64,000 bases of DNA from Candidatus Saccharimonadales bacterium (GCA_050730875.1 JBOHNX010000001.1:361972-425971), one strand, 5' to 3'. Numbered from the stretch's first letter, positions 1-13,935 are shown. The notes: generated by a model from the sequence alone, not told the origin. Numbers and translations are program-made.

Positions 1-1461
1 CTTGATGGTTTCGCGATAAGCAACCTGCGGCTGACCAACGTTTGCTTCAACCTTAAATTCGCGCTTCATGCGGTCAACGATGATCTCGAGGTGGAGTTCG
101 CCCATACCGCTGATGATGGTCTGACCGGTTTCTTCGTCGGTGTGGACGCGGAAGGTTGGGTCTTCTTCGGCAAGGCGCTGGAGGGCGACGCCCATCTTCT
201 CCTGGTCAGCTTTAGTTTTTGGCTCAATCGCAATGCTTACTGGTGGCTCTGGGAAGTCGATGCTTTCAAGCACGATTGGGTTGGTTGGATCGCAGAGAGT
301 CGTGCCAGTTGTAGTGCCCTTAAGCCCCACGACAGCGGCGATATCACCAGCGGCGATTTCCGTGATGTCCTCACGCTTGTCGGCATGCATACGCAGCAGG
401 CGGCCAACACGTTCCTTTTGGCCGGTGGTGGCGTTGAGGATATAGCTACCGGCGCTCAGTTTGCCACTGTACACGCGGACGAAGATCAGCTTACCGACAA
501 ACGGATCGGTCGCAACTTTAAAGGCAAGTGCGGCCATTGGTTCGTTTTCGGCTGGCTTGCGTTCGACTTGATCGCCGGTTTTGGGGTGCGTACCCCAAAC
601 ACTTGCAACGTCGATTGGGCTTGGTAGGTATTCAACAACAAGGTCGAGGACCTTTTCTACAATGACACCACGGCCGTCACCACCAGTCACAATGTAGAAT
701 TCACCGGTAAGTACTGATTTGCGGATTGCACTCTTCAGCTCTTCTTGGGTAATCGATTCTTCACCGCCTTCGAGGTATTTCTCGAACAGGGCGTCATCTG
801 CTTCAACAGCAGCCTCAACAAGCAATGTACGGGCATTCTTAGCTTTTTCGAGCAAGTCCGCTGGGACTTCGCCTTCGACCAACGCGTGGTCGGTAAATTC
901 TTTGTAGGTGTAGGCCTTCATCGAAATAAGATCTACGATGCCGTTTACACTTTGTTCGAACCCAATTGGCAGATGGATTGGCAACGCACGCTTGCTTAGG
1001 CGGTTGTGAATGCTCTCGAGTGATTTGTAGAAATCACCACCAGTTGAGTTGATCTTGTTAATAAAGCATACACGTGGCACTCCGTATTTGTTGGCTTGGC
1101 GCCAAACGGTTTCAGTTTGTGCTTCTACGCCCATCTTGCCGTCGAACACAACTACAGCGCCGTCGAGCACGCGTAAGCTACGCTCAACCTCGGCGGTAAA
1201 ATCGATGTGTCCGGGGGTGTCGATGATGTTGATCTTGTGGTCTTTCCAAAAACAAGTCACAGCAGCGCTGGTAATGGTGATACCGCGCTCGCGCTCTTGC
1301 TCCATCCAGTCGGTAGTTGTTTCACCTTCGTGGACGGCACCAATTTTGTGCTTCAAACCAGTGCGGTACAAAATACCTTCGGTCGTGGTGGTCTTACCGG
1401 CATCAATGTGCGCGATAATACCGATGTTTCGGAATTTTTCGAGTGGAATATTTGCCGCCAT
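1..1461 (-). CDS. fusA: Elongation factor G, 3'-truncated by the window edge (about 487 N-terminal codons present)
   Basis: Absent from the ORF track because it runs off the window. Minus-strand translation from ATG 1461 reads [28 protein letters not shown]...[10 protein letters not shown] (GTPase G1/G3 motifs). It lies immediately downstream of rpsL-rpsG, as in the conserved str operon. Confidence 0.95.
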   Translation of the reverse strand, partial: MAANIPLEKFRNIGIIAHIDAGKTTTTEGILYRTGLKHKIGAVHEGETTTDWMEQERERGITITSAAVTCFWKDHKINIIDTPGHIDFTAEVERSLRVLDGAVVVFDGKMGVEAQTETVWRQANKYGVPRVCFINKINSTGGDFYKSLESIHNRLSKRALPIHLPIGFEQSVNGIVDLISMKAYTYKEFTDHALVEGEVPADLLEKAKNARTLLVEAAVEADDALFEKYLEGGEESITQEELKSAIRKSVLTGEFYIVTGGDGRGVIVEKVLDLVVEYLPSPIDVASVWGTHPKTGDQVERKPAENEPMAALAFKVATDPFVGKLIFVRVYSGKLSAGSYILNATTGQKERVGRLLRMHADKREDITEIAAGDIAAVVGLKGTTTGTTLCDPTNPIVLESIDFPEPPVSIAIEPKTKADQEKMGVALQRLAEEDPTFRVHTDEETGQTIISGMGELHLEIIVDRMKREFKVEANVGQPQVAYRETIK

Positions 1462-1465
1462 ATTC

Positions 1466-1945
1466 TTAGCCTCGGGCAAAGTGCGCGAATGCGCGGTTAG
1501 CTTCGGCCATACGGTGGGTGTCTTCCTTCTTCTTGAAGGCGGCGCCGGTCTGGTTGTAAGCATCTACCATCTCGTGAGCTAGGCGCTCGGCGTATGGCAT
1601 ACCCTTACGGGCGCGAGTCGCTTGCACGAACCACATGAATGCCAAATGTTGCTGACGGTGGCCAGAAACAGGGAATGGAATTTGGTAGTTTGCACCGCCA
1701 ACACGACGGCTTTTAACTTCTACCGATGGGTAGACGTTTTTGATAGCTCTTTCAAAAACTTCAAGGGGGTTCTCATTCTTAAGCTTCTTAGCTGCTAGTT
1801 CCATAGCCTCGTAAACAGCACGCTCGGCAACTTGTTTTTTGCCATCGAGCATACTCTTGTTGATCAGGCGTTGTACGAGTACAGAATCGTACTTGCGGTC
1901 AGCATTCAGCTTGCGCTGGAGGGATTTAGTCTTCTTGCGTGGCAT
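1466..1945 (-). CDS. rpsG: 30S ribosomal protein S7
   Basis: 159-aa [24 protein letters not shown]...[11 protein letters not shown]...[16 protein letters not shown] stop/start overlap with rpsL. Confidence 0.97.
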   Translation of the reverse strand: MPRKKTKSLQRKLNADRKYDSVLVQRLINKSMLDGKKQVAERAVYEAMELAAKKLKNENPLEVFERAIKNVYPSVEVKSRRVGGANYQIPFPVSGHRQQHLAFMWFVQATRARKGMPYAERLAHEMVDAYNQTGAAFKKKEDTHRMAEANRAFAHFARG

Positions 1946-2358
1946 TACTTGCTCTCCTTCTTGGTACCGTATTTAGAACGAGCTTTTTTGCGGTTCGAAA
2001 CGCCCTGGAGGTCCATAGCACCACGGACAATGTGATAACGCACACCTGGAAGGTCAGGCACGCGGCCACCGCGGACTAATACAACGGCGTGCTCTTGCAG
2101 GTTGTGGCCCTCACCACCAATGTAAGCCCATACTTCGTGACCGTTGGTAAGGCGCACACGAGCAACTTTACGAAGCGCCGAGTTAGGCTTTTTAGGGGTT
2201 TTGGTTGTTACCTTTACGCAAACGCCGCGTTTTAGAGGTGCGTCGGTCGCAAGATAACGGCTTTTAAGGGCGTTATGAATGCGGCCCAAAGCTGGCGACT
2301 TGCTCTTTTTGCCAGCCGTTTTGCGCGGTTTGCGAATTAATTGGTTAATTGTTGGCAC
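1945..2358 (-). CDS. rpsL: 30S ribosomal protein S12
   Basis: The ORF track extends to 2403. The universal S12 N-terminus (V)[12 protein letters not shown] begins at GTG 2358, with AAGGAG 11 nt upstream. The rest matches S12 ([25 protein letters not shown]). Confidence 0.95.
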   Translation of the reverse strand: MPTINQLIRKPRKTAGKKSKSPALGRIHNALKSRYLATDAPLKRGVCVKVTTKTPKKPNSALRKVARVRLTNGHEVWAYIGGEGHNLQEHAVVLVRGGRVPDLPGVRYHIVRGAMDLQGVSNRKKARSKYGTKKESK

Positions 2359-2484
2359 AGTAGTGCTTTCTCCTTTAAGGATATCGGCGTGGTAAGGCGC
2401 CATTAATTTATCGTTGACGCAGATATTTTAAGTAAGGTGTACACATTCTCACTTAAAACTTCATCTGCACGAAACTCGTGTTTG

Positions 2485-2513
2485 AATATAACAGATTAAG
2501 CATGAAAATTCAA
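2485..2513 (-). promoter_or_regulatory. Candidate sigma-70 promoter of the str operon (TTGAAT-17-TATATT)
   Basis: On the minus strand TTGAAT (2513-2508), a 17-nt spacer, then TATATT (2490-2485). This lies about 125 nt upstream of the rpsL GTG. Confidence 0.5.
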
Positions 2514-2618
2514 CAGGCATGAAAAGAGCCCGCCAAAGGAGCTCTGCCAGAAACGCATATAGCGCCTCCGGCGGCTCTCTTCAGTCGGGCTCGTCATGCA
2601 TGGCTCCTGGCTCGATGG

Positions 2619-2825
2619 TTAGCCTAGCAGGCTCGGCTTGAGCTTGTTCCATGCGCTACGTAGCTCTTCGGACTTTTCGTTGATCTTCACCTCGAATTCC
2701 GCGAACTCACCACGGAGGATGAGTCGGCTTACATCCACCCACTGGCCGCAGCGGAAGTGCTGCTGTAGAAGCTTGAGGAAATCCATCGGGATCGCAGCTA
2801 CTGGAATGGTTGGCATTGTGGCCAT
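2619..2825 (-). CDS. Hypothetical small protein (68 aa; start may be the internal ATG at 2816)
   Basis: The ORF sits between the rpoC terminator and the str promoter. The opposite-strand ORF (2638-2883) is S/R-rich and shadow-like. I recognise no family. Confidence 0.35.
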   Translation of the reverse strand: MATMPTIPVAAIPMDFLKLLQQHFRCGQWVDVSRLILRGEFAEFEVKINEKSEELRSAWNKLKPSLLG

Positions 2826-2900
2826 CCTTCAAGACCTTAGTGGAGGGTTTTCCTCGCGTTCGCCAAGATCAATGCGCAAATAATAGCATAAAATTAAAAT

Positions 2901-2930
2901 AAAACAACCCCGCAAACGCGAGGTTGTTTT
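2901..2930 (-). terminator. Rho-independent terminator after rpoC
   Basis: AAAACAACC(2901-2909)/GGTTGTTTT(2922-2930) stem with an inner CGC/GCG extension. On the minus strand it is followed by TTTTATTTTAATTTT, 16 nt after the rpoC stop. Confidence 0.7.
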
Positions 2931-2945
2931 AGAAGTACCTGCAGA

Positions 2946-5900
2946 CTACTCTTCTTCTGGCAATTCCTGCAGTTCGCGGGCACCGGTACCGACTGGGATC
3001 TTGCGGCCGATGATCACGTTTTCCTTCAAACCATAGAGGTTGTCGACGCGACCACTGGTGGCTGCATTGATCAGCACGCGGGTAGTGTCTTGGAATGACG
3101 CTGCCGAGAGGAAGCTGTCGCTCCAGATAGACACCTTGGTGATACCAAGCAGCAGCTGCGTAAACTGAGTTGGCGCCTTGCCTTCAGCTACAAGCTGTTT
3201 GTTGGTTTCGACCACTGCGGCTTTCGATACGATGTCGCCAGTTACGAACAAGCTGTCGCCGGGGTCTTCAATCTGTACACGGCTGAACATCTGACGCACG
3301 ATGATCTCAAGGTGCTTGTCGGCAATGTTCTGGCCCTGTGCAGCGTAGATGCGCAACACTTCGTTAATCATGTAGCGCTGAGTAGCTTCTACACCCTTCA
3401 GGCGCATGAGGTCGTGCAGGTTGAGTGAACCGTTGGTTAGGCGGTCACCTGCTTCAACCTTGGCACCATCGATAACAGTTAGCTGCTTGAAGCCTGGGAT
3501 TTCGTAGCGAACCGGCGTTTGGTTGCTGCTGTTGAGCACAATGTGCTCTTTGGTTACTTCAACCACGCCGTCGAATGGTGCTGTTACTGGGCGGTCTTCG
3601 TTCTTATCTGAAGCGAGGACGTCGCCAACCAGCACTTGCGTACCACTCTTCACGCGAGCCTTGCGGCCATCGAGTTCGAGTTTTTCGGTGCGACCCTTCT
3701 CAGGAGTAACTTGCACGACATATTGGTCGCCGTCTTCCCAAACTTGGGCAGTACCGGCAATCTCGGTCATGTAAGCTTGACCCTTTGGAGTGCGAGCTTC
3801 GAACAACTCATCGACACGAGGCAGACCCTGGGTGATGTCTTCACCAGCCACACCACCGGCGTGGAAGGTACGAAGCGTCAACTGGGTGCCAGGTTCACCG
3901 ACTGACTGAGCAGCGATAACACCAACCGGTTGGTAGGCGTTAATGAGCTCGTTGGTTGCCATGTCGATACCGTAGCTCTTTTGCGAAATACCGCGGAGCG
4001 ATTGGCAACTGAGCACACTCATAATCTTCACTTCGGTAATCTTCTCGTCTGCTTCGATTGCGTCAGAAATTTCGCGGGTCAGCAGCTCGCCCTTCTTAAC
4101 GTGACCCTTCACGTCTTCGGCTGCGTAGCGGCCAAACAAGCGGTCGCCAAAGGCGATCATGGTTTCTTCAGACTCAGCGCGGTAAATTGCGAAGCCTGGG
4201 TCCTCAGTTTCATCTTCGATAGTGAAGATATCCTGGCTCACGTCTACCAGACGTCGGGTTAGGTAACCTGAGTCGGCGGTCTTGAGCGCGGTGTCAATCA
4301 AACCTTTACGTGCACCACGGGTGGCGACGAAGGCTTCCAGCGGGCTCAGACCCTTCTTGTAGCTAGAGCGGATCGGCAGCTCGATTTCTTTACCGGTCGC
4401 GTCAACCATCACACCAATCATGGCGGTGGCAAGCTTGACGTTCGAGATGTCACCACGAGCACCAGAGTCAACCATCACAGCAACCGAGGTATCTTCTTTT
4501 GCGAGACGTTTTTGCAGTACTTCGAGCACCTTCTTGTCGATTGCACGCCAGGTAGCCACGGTCAGGCTGTAGCGCTCGTCGTCGGTAATTAAACCTTGTT
4601 CGTACTGGTCAGAGATCTTCGCAGCACGCTCTTCACCTTCGCCGATGATGGCATCGAGCCCATCAACGTTGAAGTAGTCGGTCATACCGGTCGAAACGGC
4701 ACCCAAGGTTGCGAATTCGAGCGCGAGATCTTTTACTTCGTCGGCAATGTGGGCAGCGGTTTCTGAACCGTAGCGTTCGAAGACTTTCGCCAGCACCTTA
4801 CCAAGCTTCTTCTTGCCCATAACGTCTTCGACGTACTTGAAGTCTTCAGGTAGAATTTCGTTAAAGTACACGCGGCCCAAAGTGGTTTCGCGAGTCTCAC
4901 CCTTTACAGGAACAATGATTGGGGTTTGCAGTTTGATTACGTCGTGCTCGTAGGCGTAAATTGCTTCGTTGACGTTTGCAAAGCGACGTGGCTTCGCAAC
5001 CTGAGCGCTTGGCTTTGGATAGGTCAGGTAGTAACAACCGAGTACGATGTCCTGGCTGATGTTAAGAATTGGCGAACCATCAGCAGGTTTAAGTAGGTTG
5101 TTGGTTGCGCTCATTAGCTCGCGGGCTTCGCGCTGTGCGTCTTCGCTAAGCGGAAGGTGCACGGCCATCTGGTCACCATCGAAGTCGGCGTTGAAACCTT
5201 TACAGACCAATGGGTGCAGCTGGATAGCTTTACCTTCGATCAGCTTAGGCTGGAAGGCCTGAATCGACAGACGGTGCAGCGATGGAGCACGGTTAAGGAG
5301 TACGTATTTCTCCTTAATGACTTCGTCAAGCGCGTCCCAAACTACGCTGTCACTAGCCTCAATAAGGCGAGTTGCGCTTTTAATGTTGTGGGCGTGTTCG
5401 CGAACAAGCAGTTCTGCGATAACAAATGGCTTAAAGAGTTCAAGTGCCATAAGTTTTGGCAGACCACACTGGTTAATCTTGAGCTCTGGACCAGCCACAA
5501 TAACTGAACGGCCTGAGTAGTCAACACGCTTACCAAGCAGGTTCTGGCGGAAGCGACCTTGTTTACCCTTGAGCATATCGCTAAGGCTCTTCAAACGGCG
5601 GCGGCCACCAGTTGCGCTGACAGCGCGGCCACTCCGTGCAGCCGAATTGTCGATGAGCGCATCAACAGCTTCCTGAAGCATGCGTTGCTCGTTACGGCGG
5701 ATAACTTCCGGCGCGTTGAGGTCAATCAGCTTCTTCAAGCGGTTGTTACGGTTGATCACGCGACGATAGAGATCGTTGAGGTCGCTGGTTGCAAAACGGC
5801 CACCTGTTAGCTGTACCATCGGACGAAGATCCGGTGGGATAACTGGCAGAACAGTCAAGCACATGCTGGTTGGCTTAATGCCAGCGCGCAGCATACCCTC

Positions 5901-6740
5901 GAGCACCTTGAGGCGCTTCATGATCTTCTTCTTGCGTTGGCCCTTAGCGGCTTCGGCTTCTTCGGTCAATTCGTTTACAAGCTTTTCGAGGTCGATTTCT
6001 TCAAGCAATTCACGAAGTGCGCTACCACCCATACCAACTTCAACAATCTCGCGGTATTCATCTGGCAAGTTGCGATGGTCGGTTTCAGAAATGAGCTGAC
6101 CCTTTACCAAAACGTCGAGCTGCGATTTCTTTTGTAGGTAATCGTCGTTAACTTCGTCGATTTCTTTGCTCTGTGCTGTTGCGAGCGCTTTAACATCTGC
6201 GCCTTCTTCTTCGGCAGCTTTTTCGTAGCGAGTCTTGATAGCAGCTTTCGCAGCTTCGTACTCGGCTTCGGCATCGGCAAGCAGTTGGTCGCGCTTAGGG
6301 GCGTCAACCTTCTTGATGATGTAGCTGGCAAAGTAAGCAACGCGTTCGATGTTGCGAACGGTTAGGCCCAAAAGCAGACCCATAGCGCTTGGGGTACCAC
6401 GCATAAACCAGATGTGTGCAACTGGCGCGGCGAGGTTAATGTGACCCATGCGCTCACGACGGACGATGCTCTTAGTTACAAGCTCACCGTTTTTGTCGAC
6501 AGCAGCTTCGCGTGAACGAACACCTTTGTACTTCGCGTCGTGCGGGTTGATATCTTTTACTGGCCCAAAGATACGCTCACAGAACAAACCGTCTCGCTCC
6601 GGTTTTTGGGTGCGGTAGTTAATGGTTTCTGGTTTGAGCACCTCACCATACGACCAGTCAAGAATGTCCTGGCCCGATGCGATGAGGAGCCGCACTGCGT
6701 CAAAGTCGGCAATGCTGGTTGAGTGACTTAAACGACTCAT
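2946..6740 (-). CDS. rpoC: DNA-directed RNA polymerase subunit beta'
   Basis: 1264-aa ORF with NADFDGDQM catalytic motif and the GLFCERIFGP and RAPSLHRLSIQAF blocks. Confidence 0.98.
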   Translation of the reverse strand: MSRLSHSTSIADFDAVRLLIASGQDILDWSYGEVLKPETINYRTQKPERDGLFCERIFGPVKDINPHDAKYKGVRSREAAVDKNGELVTKSIVRRERMGHINLAAPVAHIWFMRGTPSAMGLLLGLTVRNIERVAYFASYIIKKVDAPKRDQLLADAEAEYEAAKAAIKTRYEKAAEEEGADVKALATAQSKEIDEVNDDYLQKKSQLDVLVKGQLISETDHRNLPDEYREIVEVGMGGSALRELLEEIDLEKLVNELTEEAEAAKGQRKKKIMKRLKVLEGMLRAGIKPTSMCLTVLPVIPPDLRPMVQLTGGRFATSDLNDLYRRVINRNNRLKKLIDLNAPEVIRRNEQRMLQEAVDALIDNSAARSGRAVSATGGRRRLKSLSDMLKGKQGRFRQNLLGKRVDYSGRSVIVAGPELKINQCGLPKLMALELFKPFVIAELLVREHAHNIKSATRLIEASDSVVWDALDEVIKEKYVLLNRAPSLHRLSIQAFQPKLIEGKAIQLHPLVCKGFNADFDGDQMAVHLPLSEDAQREARELMSATNNLLKPADGSPILNISQDIVLGCYYLTYPKPSAQVAKPRRFANVNEAIYAYEHDVIKLQTPIIVPVKGETRETTLGRVYFNEILPEDFKYVEDVMGKKKLGKVLAKVFERYGSETAAHIADEVKDLALEFATLGAVSTGMTDYFNVDGLDAIIGEGEERAAKISDQYEQGLITDDERYSLTVATWRAIDKKVLEVLQKRLAKEDTSVAVMVDSGARGDISNVKLATAMIGVMVDATGKEIELPIRSSYKKGLSPLEAFVATRGARKGLIDTALKTADSGYLTRRLVDVSQDIFTIEDETEDPGFAIYRAESEETMIAFGDRLFGRYAAEDVKGHVKKGELLTREISDAIEADEKITEVKIMSVLSCQSLRGISQKSYGIDMATNELINAYQPVGVIAAQSVGEPGTQLTLRTFHAGGVAGEDITQGLPRVDELFEARTPKGQAYMTEIAGTAQVWEDGDQYVVQVTPEKGRTEKLELDGRKARVKSGTQVLVGDVLASDKNEDRPVTAPFDGVVEVTKEHIVLNSSNQTPVRYEIPGFKQLTVIDGAKVEAGDRLTNGSLNLHDLMRLKGVEATQRYMINEVLRIYAAQGQNIADKHLEIIVRQMFSRVQIEDPGDSLFVTGDIVSKAAVVETNKQLVAEGKAPTQFTQLLLGITKVSIWSDSFLSAASFQDTTRVLINAATSGRVDNLYGLKENVIIGRKIPVGTGARELQELPEEE

Positions 6741-6741
6741 G

Positions 6742-10116
<3,375 letters not shown>

Positions 10117-10328
10117 ACGAAAAATAGTGCCCCTAAAATTAAGTTGTTGAATCGTGGCGCCCCGAAGATCCACTAAGCCTAGGCTTCCCGGAATTGCCAG
10201 TGGCCAGCCGGCAGACAGGTAGAATTCACCTAGCTTACACTACTTCTTAATCATCTATTCTGGGTTAGTTTTCCACCGCTGTCAAGGAGTTTGGGACTTT
10301 TTTATTGTAGAATTTTCAATAGTCGCTT

Positions 10329-10925
10329 TTACGCTTTTTCGAGCACGCCGTCGATAAGGCCGTACTTCTTTGATTCTTCGGCGCCCATCCAGAAGTCACG
10401 TTCTACATCACGTTCGATCTTGCTGATTTTTTGGCCGGTGTTTTTAGCTAGAATTTGGTTGAGCTGCTTTTTAACTCGCAAACTTTCTTCGAGGTCAATC
10501 TGCATATCGGTAACTGTACCACGTGCAGCGCTAGATGGCTGGTGCACCATCATTTTACTGTGCGGCAAGGCAAAGCGTTTGCCTTTGGCACCTGCAGCAA
10601 GCAAGAAGGCGCCCATGCTGGCGGCGAGGCCGACACAAATGGTTTGCACATCTGGCTTGATGTATTGCATGGTGTCAAAAATAGCGAGGCCGTCGTATAC
10701 GCTGCCGCCGGGACTGTTGATGTAGAGGTAAACATCTTTTTTAGGATCCTCGTACGCCAAGTGCAGCATTTGGGCGATGATGAGGTTTGCGGTGTGTTGG
10801 TTAACGTCGTCACCTAGGAAAATGATGCGCTCTTTTAACAGACGGCTGTAAATATCGTACGCGCGCTCCCCCAGATGCGTTTGTTCGATGACCGTTGGGA
10901 CAAGATAATTGCGAGGTGTATTCAT
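10329..10925 (-). CDS. clpP: ATP-dependent Clp protease proteolytic subunit
   Basis: [27 protein letters not shown], with the Ser ([11 protein letters not shown]) and His (MVHQP) catalytic context. The track start at 10952 is a GTG inside the CIRCE element, so ATG 10925 ([15 protein letters not shown]) is preferred. Confidence 0.95.
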   Translation of the reverse strand: MNTPRNYLVPTVIEQTHLGERAYDIYSRLLKERIIFLGDDVNQHTANLIIAQMLHLAYEDPKKDVYLYINSPGGSVYDGLAIFDTMQYIKPDVQTICVGLAASMGAFLLAAGAKGKRFALPHSKMMVHQPSSAARGTVTDMQIDLEESLRVKKQLNQILAKNTGQKISKIERDVERDFWMGAEESKKYGLIDGVLEKA

Positions 10926-10945
10926 AGTAATTTGAGTATATGAAA

Positions 10946-10972
10946 TTAGCACTCGCTATGCAAGAGTGCTAA
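10946..10972 (-). promoter_or_regulatory. CIRCE element (HrcA operator) with embedded clpP promoter
   Basis: TTAGCACTC-GCTATGCAA-GAGTGCTAA is a perfect match to TTAGCACTC-N9-GAGTGCTAA. On the gene strand the spacer gives TTGCAT (10963-10958), then 17 nt, then TATACT (10940-10935). Confidence 0.85.
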
Positions 10973-11259
10973 TCGTCATCTAACGCATCTGCGTACGGCC
11001 GGCATACCTTCTCGCCGAATTCATCTAACTTATCTGAGAGGTCGGGATAGAATTGCTTTATCCCTCCGCCATACTCATGCACTGCTCTTTCAACCGATTC
11101 TTCGTGGGGCCGCCGCTGCCAGCGAAGTTCAACATATCTTGCAGCGATGCACTTGCTCAAATTATCGATAAACGTATTCGGGAGATTGCGCGCCCGCAGC
11201 TCGGCCAAAAAATCTTGCCCATTGTGACGTTCGTAGTAATACTGGCTCTCGGGCGACAT
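10969..11259 (-). CDS. Hypothetical protein (96 aa)
   Basis: ORF between tig and clpP. Its TAG stop (10971-10969) lies inside the CIRCE right arm. I recognise no family. Confidence 0.5.
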   Translation of the reverse strand: MSPESQYYYERHNGQDFLAELRARNLPNTFIDNLSKCIAARYVELRWQRRPHEESVERAVHEYGGGIKQFYPDLSDKLDEFGEKVCRPYADALDDD

Positions 11260-11262
11260 ATG

Positions 11263-12546
11263 CTACTTGGTGTTGAGTTCTACGAGGCGGTCAACGGTCT
11301 TTTCGGTCAACAGGCGGTTGGCAAGATCGCGGCGAGCTTCGGGAGTGTCAAGCTGTTCGCGCATGCTTGGGTCGTTGTAGTAGTTGAGCAGTTCTTGCAT
11401 GCGAGCGTTCAGGTCATCAATCGAAACTTCAATTCTTTCTGCCTTGCTAAGTTCAGCCAGGGCTAGGCCAACCTGTACGCGGCGGATGGCTTGCTCGCGA
11501 AGCTCTTTGTTGCGCCACTGCTCTTTGGTGGTGCCTTGTTGCTCAAGATACTGCTCCAGCGTCATGCCTCGGTACATCAGGTTCTGCACAAAGTCGCGCT
11601 CGATAGCGGCCACTTGGTCAGTAACCAGCACTTCCGGCGTTGGGACGTCGCTTGCCTTCACTAGCTGTTCAACTAATGAATCTTTGAGCTTGTCGACTGC
11701 TTCGCGCTCTTTTTGGTCGATCAGCTCGCGGCGAATGTCAGCTTTGAATTCATCAACAGTTTTAAAAGGACCAGTCTTGGCTGCAAATTCATCGTTTAGT
11801 TCCGGCAGGGCAACTTCTTTGACGGCATTTACCGTTACGGCAAAGTTCACCTTAGCACCAGCCAGTGGCTTGTGTTGGTAATCCTTAGGGAATGTCAGCG
11901 GCAAGGCAAACTTGTCGCCAGCTTTTTTACCAACCAGACCTTCTTCGAAGCCAGGGATAAAGGTGTTTGAGCCAAGCGCAAGCGGGTAATCCTTACCTGT
12001 AGCGCCGGCAACTTCTTTACCATCTTGGTCGGTACCAACAAAGTCGATGACGACTTCGTCGCCGTCTTTAGCAGCACGGTCAACGTCGTTTTTGGTTGCC
12101 ATGCCTTGGCGCATGCGGTCAATAACTTCCTGCACGTCACTGTCGGCTACCTCAGCCTTTTCTTTCTTGGCTTTGAGCTTTTTATAGTCGCCAAGCTTAA
12201 TGTCTGGAATAATTTCGACTTCGGCGGTGTATTCGAGCTCCTGACCAGGCACAAATTTCTTTATGTCAACTTTTGGTCGGTCGAGCGGCGTGAGCTTCTC
12301 TTTCTCGAATGCGTCGATAGTAAACAGGTTTACTGCGTCTTCGAGAAGCTCTGCGTTGAGCACATTTGCATCGAGGTTTTTCTCGGCAACATTAGCCGGT
12401 ACTTTGCCAGGACGAAAGCCAGCAACTTTCATATCTTTTGCGAGTCGGTGCAGTGTTTTTTGTTTAACGCTTGTGAGGTCGTCGGCACTAACAGTGACCG
12501 TTACGAGTACTTGGGAGCTTGAGATTTTTTTAACTGAATATGTCAT
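11263..12546 (-). CDS. tig: Trigger factor
   Basis: 427 aa. The N-terminal ribosome-binding region contains GFRPGKVP, followed by an FKBP-like middle and C-terminal arm domains. tig-clpP adjacency is classic. Confidence 0.95.
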   Translation of the reverse strand: MTYSVKKISSSQVLVTVTVSADDLTSVKQKTLHRLAKDMKVAGFRPGKVPANVAEKNLDANVLNAELLEDAVNLFTIDAFEKEKLTPLDRPKVDIKKFVPGQELEYTAEVEIIPDIKLGDYKKLKAKKEKAEVADSDVQEVIDRMRQGMATKNDVDRAAKDGDEVVIDFVGTDQDGKEVAGATGKDYPLALGSNTFIPGFEEGLVGKKAGDKFALPLTFPKDYQHKPLAGAKVNFAVTVNAVKEVALPELNDEFAAKTGPFKTVDEFKADIRRELIDQKEREAVDKLKDSLVEQLVKASDVPTPEVLVTDQVAAIERDFVQNLMYRGMTLEQYLEQQGTTKEQWRNKELREQAIRRVQVGLALAELSKAERIEVSIDDLNARMQELLNYYNDPSMREQLDTPEARRDLANRLLTEKTVDRLVELNTK

Positions 12547-12599
12547 ACCCTGGCAAGTATACGCTTTATCGAGTGACTATGCGAGCGTAAGCGCGATTT

Positions 12600-13925
12600 T
12601 TAATCGAAGACTTCGTCGTTGCGATGGCGGTAGTCTTTAATGGCACTGACCAAGCGCGAAAACGGTAGTTTTTGCTCCCTCTCTCTTGCAATATCTTTGA
12701 GCGTGTAGATTTCTTCATCGAGTTCTTTTTTACCGACAAACAACATGAATGGCACGCCTTTTTTGACGGCGGTTTTAATCTGTTTATCGAGCTTTCGATC
12801 GGTAATGTCGAGCTCGGTATTGACGCCTTCTTGGCGGAGTTGTCGGGCGAGCTTTTGTGCACCTTTGTGCGCATCGCCAAGCACAACGATGTAGACTTCG
12901 GTGTTAGTGTGAAGTTTCGGCAGCAACTTGTGAGTTTGCAGGAAGTCTTGCATTGTAGTTGCACCTGGCGCAAAGCCGACTGCCGAGACAGGGTCGACAC
13001 CGAATAGACCAATTAGGCCGTCGTAGCGACCACCGCCAAAGAGGGAGCGGCTGTTTTCGGGATTGGTGTCGAACACTTCAAACACAATATCGGTGTAGTA
13101 GTCGAAACCGCGCATTAGGCTGATGTCGAAGGTGAGGCTTTTGACACCATGTTCGCGAAGCAAGGTAAAGAGGAGTTGAATTTCTTTGATTGCACTCGAT
13201 TCAAGCAACTCTTTTGGCAATTCGCCCATGCTTTTGGCAGAAAACAGCGCGGCGATCTTTCTGAGGCCAGCCTTTGCTTTGTCGCCATCGAAAATATCGG
13301 ACGCTTGTTCGCGGAATTCCGTAGGCGTGACTTTATCCTTGCGGTCAAACAGTTTAATCATTAGCTGCGACTGCACAACGTCTAGCTCCAGATATTCGGC
13401 CATCATAAAGTTAATCAAGCGGCGACTGTTGATTTTGATGGTGTACATTTTGTCGGTGGCGCCAAAGGCTTTCATGAGCTCATCGGCAAGGGTAATAATC
13501 TCGACTTCAGCGTCGATGGTTGGCACGCCAAAAATATCAGCGTTTAACTGCCAAAACTCGCGCTCGCGGCCACGTTGCGGGCGTTCGTAGCGCATAAAGT
13601 TAGCGATGGAATACCAGCGCACCGGATACGGCAACTCTTGGCGCTTGGCGGCAATCATGCGGCTGACGGTTGGGGTCATCTCGGGACGGATCGCTACCGT
13701 GCGGCCACCGCGGTCGACAAACTGGTAGGTTTGTTCGTTTACAATCTCTTGGCCAGTTTTGGCAGCATAAACTTCGAGTGGCTCGAGCGTTGGCGCACCG
13801 TATTCTTCGTAACCAAAGCGTTCTGACACTTTGCGCCAAACATTGAAAATATAATTCTGAATCCGTTTGTCTTCAGGGTAGTAATCGCGAGTACCTTTGT
13901 ATGGTTGAGTAGATAGATACGCCAT
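12600..13925 (-). CDS. hisS: Histidine--tRNA ligase
   Basis: PYKGTRDYYPED...RPEMTPTVSRM...FGGGRYDGL class II HisRS motifs. The track start at 13934 is TTG; ATG 13925 (MAYLSTQPYKGTRDY) is preferred. Confidence 0.95.
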   Translation of the reverse strand: MAYLSTQPYKGTRDYYPEDKRIQNYIFNVWRKVSERFGYEEYGAPTLEPLEVYAAKTGQEIVNEQTYQFVDRGGRTVAIRPEMTPTVSRMIAAKRQELPYPVRWYSIANFMRYERPQRGREREFWQLNADIFGVPTIDAEVEIITLADELMKAFGATDKMYTIKINSRRLINFMMAEYLELDVVQSQLMIKLFDRKDKVTPTEFREQASDIFDGDKAKAGLRKIAALFSAKSMGELPKELLESSAIKEIQLLFTLLREHGVKSLTFDISLMRGFDYYTDIVFEVFDTNPENSRSLFGGGRYDGLIGLFGVDPVSAVGFAPGATTMQDFLQTHKLLPKLHTNTEVYIVVLGDAHKGAQKLARQLRQEGVNTELDITDRKLDKQIKTAVKKGVPFMLFVGKKELDEEIYTLKDIAREREQKLPFSRLVSAIKDYRHRNDEVFD

Positions 13926-13935
13926 GTCGTACAAA

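Noticed and set aside
10926-10952. Longer clpP start (GTG 10952) given by the ORF track
   Set aside because: The GTG lies inside the CIRCE left arm and upstream of the -10 box. The ClpP family N-terminus aligns with the ATG at 10925.
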